A stretch of DNA of 64,000 bases from Eledone cirrhosa (lineage: Eukaryota). Shown here piece by piece: positions 13,076 through 23,852 of this stretch. The stretch is from contig OZ024745.1 of assembly GCA_964016885.1 (NCBI GenBank), positions 44,392,001 to 44,456,000 on the forward strand. Direction: 5' to 3'. Numbering within the stretch: the stretch's first letter is position 1; every line of letters begins with the position of its first letter. A model generated the notes under the pieces. It saw only the letters and a list, made by a program, of their open reading frames with translations. It made no database searches and was not told where the DNA came from. A program made the translations under genes and the position numbers.

Positions 13076-14375
13076 ATGAGTCAAATTAGATGAGATGCAG
13101 TTTGGTGTCATGCTTGGGATAAGTTCTACAGATGTCCTCTTTTTAGTGAGGCAACAACAAAAGAAGTTCCTAGAAAAGAATAAGCTGCTATATTTAGCAT
13201 TTATTGAACTAAAAAAGGCCTTTGATCCAGTACCTCATTTTGTTATCTGGTAGTCCTTAAGAAAATTAGGTGTAGAAGAATGGCTTGTGAGAGCAGAGCA
13301 AGCCATGTACAGAGGAAATATCAGTAAAGTGAGTTTAATGAGGAATTTGAGGTACAGGTAGTTCATCAGGGTTCATAGTTCTCCAAGCCATAACAGGAGT
13401 TTAAGACAGGCTGTCCATGAGAACTTCTCTATGCAGATGATCTGGTCCTTATAGCTAAATCCATTAAGAACTAGAGAATAAGGTCCTGCTATGGTAACAG
13501 AATTTAGAATCAAAAGGTCTGAGAGTAAACTTAGCCAAGACTAAAGTGCTTGTAAGTAGGAAAGAAGATAGGACCCTGATTCCTTCAGGTAAGTGGCCCT
13601 GCTCAATATGTAGAAAGGAAGTAGGCTTAAACTCCATATGATGTACACAATGTAAATCATGGATACACAAGAGATGTAGAGGGATATCAGGTAGACTAAC
13701 AAGAAGGGAAAACTTTGTATGTAAAAGATGCACAGGAGTAATTGAGGGGAAGAATGTCAGTGATATAAATCTTTTCCAATCACATGAAGGATCCATAGAA
13801 GTGGTTGATAGCTTCTGCTATGTAGGGGACCTAATTAGCAGCAGAGTTGAGTGCTTTGGAAGCATAATAGTTAGAATAAAGATTGGATGGAAGAAGTTTA
13901 GAAGGCTACTTATTCTGTTGAAAAAAGGACAGCTGTATGATGCCTGTGTGCAGAGTACAATGCTGCAGGGTAGTGAGACAGGGCAGTGATTGCAGAGGAT
14001 GTGTGTAGACTGGAGAGAAATGAAGCAGCCATGCTTTGTTGCATGTCAATGTAACTGTGAGAGAAAGGCAGAGCTTGGATGAACTGGGTTTTAGAGGAAT
14101 CTGAAGTGGTATGCAAAAGAGAAGACAGCGTTGGTACGGACATGTGATGCACACGAATGATGACAGGTGGGTGAAGAATTGCCACAAAATCCCAGTGGAA
14201 GGAAGATGCAGTAGAGGTAGACCAAGGAAGACCTGGGCAGAGGTGTTGAAAACTGATCGCAAATCACTGAGACTCACAGAGGAGATGACGAAGGAATGCA
14301 GTGAGTGGAGAGATGCTGTGCTAAGAGGACCCATGCAATCATGGAAAAACAGATGTAAAAACAATGATGATGATT
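13076..14375 (+). mobile_element. 5'-truncated, decayed RTE-clade LINE (RT pseudogene)
   Basis: Fragments EMQFG, KKAFDPVP, ELLYADDL (13430-13441), EVVDSFCYVGD, RWYGHVM, RGRPRKTW with stops and frameshifts; ends catggaaaaacagatgtaaaaacaatgatgatgat. Confidence 0.92.
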
Positions 14376-14405
14376 TACAATGATAATGAGCAGGAATGAA
14401 GTATC

Positions 14406-14449
14406 AGCATTGTTATGTTTATTCACATGTGAATAAACATAACAATGCT
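14406..14449. repeat. Perfect 44-bp spacerless palindrome
   Basis: agcattgttatgtttattcaca|tgtgaataaacataacaatgct; imperfect arms extend to about 14388-14472. Confidence 0.95.
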
Positions 14450-14833
14450 ATATTGATACTTTGTTCCTGCTCCTTATTGTCAATATTCTGCTTCTTAAGG
14501 ATACTTACTGCAGTGTAATACCAAACTTAGAATACCACAAATGGTGTGTCACTAAATATTACACTCCAATGAACTGTATATATGTGTCGGTGTATGTTTG
14601 TATGTATGTCACACATACACTCATACCCACTTTACCAAAGACCCCACTCCTTCCACAAGACTTCACCCCCTCAATTAGAGATCCCCCACCCCTCAAAAAA
14701 CACAAAATCTTCAGTATATTTACTGATTAATTGTGAATCTCGAAAAATTCTAGGTAGTTCATTTCTCATACTATAGATATAACTAAATAAAATAATGTTC
14801 CTCAAAAAACTAACTATATAAACATATAGAAAT

Positions 14834-15216
14834 GTTTTATTCATAAAGTTTTCAATCTAAAAGACTCTCATCAGTGAATATAAGATCTGTTTTGTTTTAT
14901 GGGTTGGAGTTTGAAAAAGCATAATCTTTAGTAGATGTCATCCTAAAAACTGTTAGAAATTGAAGAAACAGATTATAGATGTTAAGGTATTTTCTTTTTC
15001 CACTCCGATGTGTGAGATTTAAGATATGGTCCCAGCATGAAAAAAACAAAACATCTTATAAATATGCTCCAACATCTATTATCTGTTCCTTCAACTTCTA
15101 ACAGCTTTTAGGATGACTTCTACTAAAACTTACGTTTTTTCATATTTTGACTGTTAAAACAAAACATCTCATATTCACTGATGAGTCTTTTAGACTGAAG
15201 AATTTATGAATAAAAC
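14834..15216. repeat. Long imperfect inverted repeat (arms about 157 bp, spacer about 70 bp)
   Basis: gttttattcataaa...tctaaaagactc..gtcatcctaaaa.ctgttagaa mirrored by ttctaacag.ttttaggatgac...gagtcttttaga...tttatgaataaaac. Confidence 0.9.
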
Positions 15217-15600
15217 ACTACTTTATCATGGCCCTCCAATTAGAATTATTATATTGTCACAATGCTTTAAAAAAAACTACCTTGAAACTTAATAATATAT
15301 ATCCTCACACTGTCTATTTTTTAATAACATTCTTCTTTTTTACGAATTGCATCATTTTTCTTTTTTAACATTAGGCTTTTCTTTCATACATTTCTTACAT
15401 GAACTGCTTTTTATTTTCTCACATTTTTTCTGTCAAATAATCGCTTGTTGATATTTTTTTGTCAGTCTTTCATTTTAGTATTTTCTCCAGAAGCTATCAT
15501 TTTACCTGTGTAATTAGTATTTGTAATTTGTAATGATAATAATAGCCTTTAATGTTATTACAAATATTGTTTTATGTAATCTTTCAAACAGTAATTAAAA

Positions 15601-15778
15601 ATAATTGTTTCTACTTTTGGCACAAGGCCAGTGTATTACTGGTACTTTATTTTATCGACCCTGTAAGGATGAAAGGCAAAGTTAACCTCAGCAGGATTTG
15701 AACTCAGAATGGCAAGGGCCGTAACTCAATGCGTCAAAGCATGGCGTCCGATCCTCTACCGATACTGCCAATTCACCA
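15601..15778 (-). mobile_element. SINE family A, subfamily 2
   Basis: Same sequence inverted, with the diagnostic block gaatggcaagggccgtaactc. Confidence 0.88.
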
Positions 15779-16719
15779 AAAATAATGTTTGACAGATTTT
15801 CTTTTTCTTTTGCCAATCACTATCTCAGGGAATTTTATGGATTAGAGTAATGGGTCATCACCATCTTCATCATATTTTTGTCTGCATTTCCATGTGGGGA
15901 TAGGTTAGATGGATCATCGTGGTCCGAGTCCTTTCTCAAATTTACTGAACTTCAAGTTTAGTCGAAGGCCACATCTCACTTGTATGATCCATTCAAATTA
16001 CTGCACTTGTAGATGGGTCAAGGGCCACATCTTGCTTATATATTCCATTTTTGGCATGGTTTCTATAGCTGGATGCTCTTCCTATTAACAACCACTTTAC
16101 AGAATGTACTTGGTGCATTTTATCAAACTACCAGTACGAGAGAGGTTGCCTTGTCTCCAGCCAGATAAAAAGTCTTTTATACCTGTAGTGTCTCTGTTCA
16201 ATCACCTGCACCAGAGGATTGTCTTGTTTACAGCCTCCTCTGCTTTGCATTTTCTCAGTATGTTCTTTCCACGTTTTCCAACCCAACTGAGTGACAAGAG
16301 AGCTGGAGCAAGAGGGAGTTAGAAGGGAGAGTAATGGAAGTAAGAGGAAGTAATAGAAAGAGAGGGTAAATGATGAAAAAGAGACAAACGGGTTTGTGAG
16401 ATGATTAAGGGCAAGAATATTGAACAGAAACAGCCAGAATAGTGTGTGTGTGTGTTTGAGAGTATCGACAGTGAGTGGAAGAGAAGGGTGTAAATGTGAG
16501 AGAAAGGGTGGCAGATTGTAAGGAGGATGTATGATGAGAAAGAGAGGAAATGATTGATGTCACTAATGAGTGATATTTGGAGGAGGAGATAATGGAAGAG
16601 ATAAAGGTGATGGTAAGGAGAGATTATATACAGCTAAGGCCAAAGTAATACCATTCCTTGTTATGAAGTAAATCAAATCCACATGTCACCACAATAATTG
16701 AAACTTAAGGGTCAGTCCA

Positions 16720-16900
16720 CCTCATAGTCCTAGACAACAGGATGGGGAGAAGACATTGCCCCAGAGGATGGCAAAGGCGATGTGCTGGAACAGCCACTCC
16801 ACCTCACAGGGCCCACACCTGCGGGCAGCCAACTTTACTCTGATAGCAGGGATATGGTCCAGGGATCAAGAATGCCGGAAGTCTCCACTGCTACAGACTC
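16720..16900 (-). mobile_element. Second short fragment of the same CRE-like element
   Basis: gagaagacattgccccag...gatgtgctggaacagccactccacctc...ccggaagtctccactgc matches 55670-55822. Confidence 0.8.
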
Positions 16901-17109
16901 AACCTTGTTATATAGGGATGAGAGAGAGAGAGAGTGATAGCAGGGAGGTACATTGATAAGAAAGTCGGGGTTGTTTGATAGATGAGGAACTAACACAAGG
17001 GAAGAATCATATATGAGTACTTAATATGAACATAATTGTTAGGAAAGGCCCACATATTGATTTTATTCATCTCAATCTCCATCAAAACCACCTCTACTAC
17101 TACCACCTC

Positions 17110-17460
17110 CACCATATGTATATCTAGTTTTTAAGCTTGTATAGGTTAGATGGGTCATCTTCAACACAATACTTCAATGCATGTTATCGTCTTCCTTCTG
17201 AAATTCAGCCTCCTCAGATCAATATTCACTTTGTTCTGTCTTGAAGTTCTATCCACTTGCTGTGTTTGGCACTTCTTTATACAATTGACATCTTCTATAT
17301 GCATCACATGCCTGTACCAGCACAGTCTTTTCTCTTGTGCACTACATCCAATTCCACTTATAACCAATTTTTCTCTTGTACTCCATCATTCATGCACACT
17401 AACATTATACATCAATCAGACCATGCACGTTCCATTTCTTGCCAGCCTTTGAAAATCCTT
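17110..17460 (-). mobile_element. RTE LINE 3' fragment
   Basis: Minus-strand ORF contains EKRLCWYRHVMH, like the RWYGHVMH of the 13-14 kb copy. Confidence 0.7.
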
Positions 17461-17935
17461 TTTATTAATCCTTCAATCACTACACTTATTTTACTTGCAC
17501 TACAAAGAGGTGTCTAGTTTGAAAAATATATATACTGAACTAGAAAAGTTTTATGTTGAATGAAATTAAGAGCTTTAAAGAAAATGTTGCTGGTTTCAAA
17601 ATTATCTTATGTCAACATTAACTATAGTGCTCAATCAGCCAGTGTTGTAATGAGATCAACAGATTTGTCCTAAATTTCTTCTCAAATTTAACATTTTAAC
17701 CACTATCATTACAGTATTATTGTTTTGTTTTCAATCTGATAAAAAAAAAACAACACAGGAGATAAGATGAAAAAGTTGTAGTACAACCTTTAGGATGTCA
17801 CCAAAATATTGTTTTGGGAGCATCACAAGGGCATATTTTGTTGATTTAACCTTCATTTCATTTATTTGTATATATTGATTCTTTTTGTTGTTAGGTGGTG
17901 ATAGGTTTAAGCCATTATACTTAACATTCTTGAAC

Positions 17936-18390
17936 ATAGAGAAAACTTTTAACAGGGTGCCACATGTTTTAGCCTGCTCTGAAAACTAGATGAATGGTTT
18001 GTGATAGCCATACAAGCCATATATAGTGATGCCACAAGCTAAGTGAAAGTTAGCAATGGTTTCATTGAGAAATTTAGCATGTGAATAGGTGTCTATTAAG
18101 ATTCCTTTCTGTTATAGTTCTCCCAGCTATAGCAGAAGAATTTGAGACCAGATGTGTATGAGAACTTTTGTATACCAAGGATTTAATTTTCAGCTCATGT
18201 GAAAGAATTAAAAGAAATTCCAAACATGGAAGCAAAACCTCAAATCAAAACGCCTTAATGTAAATATAGCAAAGACAAACGTTGTAGTTATGAGAAAAAA
18301 ACAGAACTTTACTAACCACCCAGAAGGGATTGTGCTCAATATTCAGAAAAAGGGGTGGCTAGGAATCTTATACTATGTATCAAATGTAAA
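17936..18390 (+). mobile_element. Highly decayed RTE LINE RT fragment
   Basis: Colinear similarity to 13200-13650 (gaatggtttgtgatagccatacaagccatata; gagaacttttgtatac; tgtgctcaatattcagaaa). Confidence 0.7.
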
Positions 18391-19814
18391 CTATAAGTAT
18401 AGGTTGTCACAGTCTGAGACTAGACTTGTTGAAGAACCACATTTTGCTTTTAGGTTCTATATTTGGCATGGTTTTAACAGCTGGATGCCCTTCCTATTGC
18501 CAACCACTTTACAAGGTGTACTGGGTGCATTTTGTTTGTAAAAATATATAAGGAATTAGCTAGTTAGAATGAGCCTTAGAAGATAATGCAGGATTATATG
18601 TGAAACGGTCTTATAAAGAAGTCAAAATAAGAATGGTGCTGATGATAAATGAAGCAGGGTCTATGAAAACATGCATTTCACCTTTATATTTTAAACCTTT
18701 TGAGCTAATTTTAAGAAATCTGAAATATTGAGATTGCAACTGCTGGATGGAGTCCTATATAATTTTTTAAGTCTGATAATTGCAGCATATTTCAAGAAAA
18801 GAAATATGACTGTTTATTTAAATATTTGTGTTGTTTTGCCATTCTCGTGTTCTGTTTATCATCAATCAAAATATATAATTTTACATGAAATATGAAACAG
18901 CAATGAATATAGAGTTATTTATAAATTGAAGAATGTTTATAGTTAGCATCGTTCAAAACATACTTGGATAAAAAGTGGAACTTGTACACTGTTTTTATAA
19001 GTCCAGACAGTATATCATTTGTATTGTTGTTCAGAAGAACTTCTGTTTATAAGAATGAAAGCTTTAATTTTTGTATCTTCAACCTTTGACCTTGTAAAAT
19101 CATGATAAACATTTTGAATCCTCTTGAATAATTTTTGGTTGTTTAGTTAAAAACAATGTTTGGTCATTGTACGAGTATGTAGTTATTTAAAACTTTATAC
19201 TTATTTACCATAACATCTACTTACTGCTGAGTTTGTCCTTGTAATATTTTCCTGTTTACTATATAGAATTGTTGATATGTTGATAACAAAATAACAGCCA
19301 GTGTTACAGTGAGGTACAACAGTGTTATATCACTAGCTTCTATATTTTTGCTGGTTATATAGTATATGCACATCTCTCTTACTCTGTTATATTTGTTACA
19401 TTTCAGATATCAATATAGATAATGGTTTCTGATTTAGGCACAAGGCCATCGATTTTTTGGAGAGAAGAAAGTTGATCAAATCAGCCCCAGGGCCTTACTG
19501 GTATTTTATTTTATCAATCCTATAAGGACAAAAGGCAAAGCTAACCTCATTGGAATTTGAACTCAGAACCTAAAGGGCCATATATCTGTCGCAAAGCGTG
19601 TTGTCAGATGCTCTACCGATACTGTCAATCCATTATCCTATATCAATATAAATAACTACTATTCTTATTAATTTGTAATTTCCAGTAATGCATGTAGAAA
19701 AAAAAAAGCAGAGTGTATTATCAGTCCATTGCTGAACAATGAGTTCGTCTTACTTCAGGCATTTTATGTTTGTAGACAAGGTTTTTCTATCTATTGCCTT
19801 TAATTTACTTTACT

Positions 19815-19995
19815 GGTTGTTTAGCTTTAGATTAATCTTCATCAAGTAGACCTATGATCAAAGGCATTCTAAGTGTGACCACCCCATGTTTTTAGTAAAT
19901 TTGTGGGACTACATTATGTAACATTTCCTTTGCTTATTTAAAATGGCAGGATATGATTTGAAGGAAATTTGGTTGCTATTTATCGCCAGTCAAGA
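19815..19995 (+). repeat. Unclassified dispersed repeat, family D (representative copy)
   Basis: ttgtttagct...agacctatgatcaaaggcatt...gatttgg(c/t)tgctatttc; copies near 37090, 38092, 38348, 38822, 50163, 60477. Confidence 0.7.
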
Positions 19996-22900
19996 ACCCT
20001 GTTGAGGTTCCTTTATTGATTCTTGGAGAATAGATGTTTAGACAAGAAAATTAACACAGAGATTATCTACTAAAGTCAATTTATTTTAGTAAATATTTCA
20101 GTGGATGAAAGAGATTTTTTTTTTCTTCTTTTCTCAATAGTGTAGCTTGTACTCAGCATGTAAGGTGAGCTAGCAACTGAAGCAGTCTATTTGCCTTTTA
20201 TAATTGAAAAAGACATGTATACATATGTATATTTTTACATGTTTCAGTGATAAGATCTTATCTCTGAATGGCTTTTTTAGGAAACTATTTCCTTCAAGCC
20301 CCTGTGGGAAATTTCATCTGTGTAACAATAATTGAATCTAGAGATAAGGCATTAACTTTGAGTTCTCTGTGATATATACTACATTGTGTGCATATTTTTT
20401 CATTGAGTCATTACTTTTAAATTAATATGGAACTTATAAATGTTTAGATAGTGTGACTAGAATATTATATTCAGGTCTTTAATTTTAGTTTTCAAGTATG
20501 TTCCCCTCTTAGTCCTGCATATTCCTTATGCATTTAAAATGAAGAAATGCAAGCTTGTCCCTGTGTGGCTACTCACTAAGTAACATCATTATGATTTGAG
20601 ATCTGTTTTCTAAGTTTGTGTGGGTGTATGATGTGTGCCAGTGTGCCCCTGAACTAACCAATGTTTGCAAACTGACTGCTCTAACCTATTGATCTTTTGC
20701 ATATCACTTGATTCTTATAACCTATAAACTGACTAAAACACAAACTATCATATCAGCCTCACTCATAGACTTACTTGTATATGCACAACTGTACATTTAC
20801 ACTTCCTTCATGTGGTCTTACTTGAAATATTTAAGGCTTTAGTCTATTCACTAGAATTTGTTTTTTAGTTTTTATAACTACTGTATTTATTTGAGTACAA
20901 TGTTGATCTTGAATATAATGCAACCACTAAGTACAGCCATAGTTATTTATAGGTTTTAAGGAACCAACATAATATTGCTGTGATTTTTAAAACAAATAAA
21001 ATTGGAAAATAAAAACTGAAAAAGCTAAAACACTAAAACTAGCATGACTCTTGCTTTTGCTTAGTAAATTTTGCTTAAAAGCTATTGAATGAAGGCTGAA
21101 GCACAAGTCACTGTTCATACAAACTTTATCAAAGTCTGATTCATCATCTAATACTCTAAATAATTACATTCTTTATGGTTTAACTTTTCATCAATGTCCC
21201 ATCCTATCATTTCATCAGCTTTTTTATATAAACTGATAATACAAATAGAAATTTTGGAGTGGAGAGGACTCTTTAGCTTTGGAATGGATAGGACAGCCTC
21301 TCTAATGTTGGTGTTACAATAAAATACACCCATTACACTCTCTAAAGTGGTTTACAATTGAACAGAGATAACATGGGGGGGGGGGGGAGGGGGAGAACTC
21401 TTTAGTCATGTTAAGGATATGACATCCTCTCTAGTGCTGGTGCCATGATAAAATGCACACAGTACACTCTGTAAAGTAGCTGGTGTCAGGAAGGGCATTT
21501 GGCTACAGAAACCATACCAAAAATTGGAGCATATAAGTGAGGCATAGTCTGTCGAATTGTCTAGGAGGGCAGTGACCCTCAGAATAGGCTAACATGGACT
21601 AAAAGACCTGTCCAGGAGAGCAGTAACTCTAAATAAGAGCTGTTATAGACTAAAAAGACCTGTCTAGGAGGGGAGTAACTCTAAATAAGAGCTGACATGT
21701 TCTATAATGACTTGACTAACACATGTCAGCATGGAAAGCAGTTATAAAATGAAGGGCATGAATCTCCATGACATTAAGCAAAAATGTTTTGTTGCATCTT
21801 CATCATTCCACATTATCTTGTAATTGTATGTCGAAGTTAAAACTTAGCAAGCTATTTTAACTCAGCTTTTAACGATTAGTAAGGCCATGCTTTTTGATAT
21901 TACACTTCCTGTATTTTTTTCACTTCATCAGATATCCATGATATTCAGTGCTTTTAAAATTCATCCTTAAATGGCTTGTTCAACACTTGTCAAACCATAT
22001 GAGATTACAGCTTGATGAGCTTTCATATTTTTCAACATGTTTTATTAGCTTATTATAAGTTGAGCTCTAAACTGGTCCCACACCAACATTGCAGGCTTCT
22101 TTACATACTTTTCTCAGCCATAAACCTATGCCATCTCTATCCATCCAGCTCTTTGGATGACAATGAACAATGAATCCCAAAGGATTTGGGAATAGTCTCT
22201 TTTTAAAATAATAACCAAATAACCAAATAACAAAGCTGCAGTAAAATGTTTATGTGCTGTTTTTCTGACGTTGCCAGTTTTGTTTCATATTATATTCATA
22301 TGTTCTGTTACTTATCATATAAAAAACAAAGGTGTCTTGTCCTTTGGTTTTGATACAGTAAGTAACAGAACATACACTAGAAAACAAAACTGGTTATGTT
22401 AAAAGAAAAGCACTTGAAAAAAACATTTGACAACAGATTTGTGTTGTTTGGTTGATGGAACCAAATCAAATCCCATCGTTATGAGTTGGTTCAGTCATAT
22501 TGCTTTCTAACTTTCATTATGAAACTACAAAACTGCCCAATCTTATCTTTCAAATCAGAAAGAAGTGTCTGTGGAACCTTTATTTTCTGACGCTGAGCTG
22601 AAGAATGCCTTTTGAAGAATCTCTGGTACCATTCATTTGAAAATTTCAAAGACTGACTAATTCCATATTTCTCATCTTGTGATATTTTCTTTGTAACTTT
22701 ACATACAGTGTTGTTACAATATACCCAACATATCCTGTCAATAGCCTTCCTAGTTCTGGATAGTGAGTCTACTTTTCCCTAAGAGATTATTTACTGCATG
22801 GTATTTTCTGCAGTTGGCCTTTGTTCTTTCTCAATACCTTTTATGCTGCTCTCAACAAAAACTAAATTTCCTAAATGCAGCATCATTATTATCTTCAGCA

Positions 22901-23798
22901 ATTTTTATACAAATTTCTGAATCTCTGGAATGTATACAATTTATAATTGTAGATTTACAATGGAAGATAATAGAAACAGCAATATTTGTGTAGGTGCAAA
23001 TGAATAACTAAATCAAATAGAGTTGTTGAAATTTGATTTCTTTATGGAGTTTTTATACCTTAGAATCATTAGATATGAGAAAAGGGGTATTGAAATTTAT
23101 GCCTTTTATGAGCACATTATGACAGTAAACTTGGCAATTTGAACTTAGAAACAAAACTACCAACAATTTAACTCCATATATGCCTACTATTAACTGTACA
23201 CAGTATGGTCAAATAGCCAAGAAGTTCATTTTGCAATTGCAAGGATTTGAGTTCAGACTTGCATAACATCTTGGGCAAGTGTCATTTACTATAGTCTCAA
23301 GTCAACTCAAGCTATGTGAGTGAAATTAGGTAGATGGAAACTGTTTGGAAGTCAGTGGGATAGACTGTGCCTGTAATTCAAAGGGCCAACCATGTCACTG
23401 TCATGCTGAACCTCCCTGAGAATTACATTCTGGGTACATATATCTGTGGACTGCTCAGACACTTGCATGTTAATTTCACAAGCAGGCGATTCTGTTGATT
23501 GAATAATAGGAACCATCATCATTAAAACTGACAGTAGTCTGTTTTAATGATGATATTTTTGTTTTACCATTAATTTTAAAATAACATAAGAAATATGTTA
23601 AATATCACAGGGATCTTGATTACTCGAACAATTTACTTCAGAAACTAGCTAATCTCACAACTAGTTTTTTCTTTTCTGCTTGGTATTTAAAATTCTTTCC
23701 CAAAGCTTATATTTTACATCTTATTTTATTTATACCTTCTCTTTTATTTTTAATTTCACTTTTCATTAATTTTTTCCCTTCTTTTTCTGGCACTGTAG

Positions 23799-23852
23799 GA
23801 ACAGGTGACAAACAGTCCGGATTTAGCATCCGGTATCCAGCCATATATCCAT
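23799..23852 (+). CDS. Candidate alternative 54-nt cassette exon of CERT
   Basis: About 100-nt T-rich tract then ctgtag|GAA...CAT|gtacgt; open, phase 0-0; EQVTNSPDLASGIQPYIH; no homology recognised. Confidence 0.45.

Noticed and set aside
13464-14364. Minus-strand ORFs of 91-152 aa
   Set aside because: They are antisense shadows of the + strand RTE remnant.
16300-16625. GA-rich purine tract (CT-rich counterpart at 8078-8215)
   Set aside because: Decayed low-complexity sequence with no definable unit or ORF.
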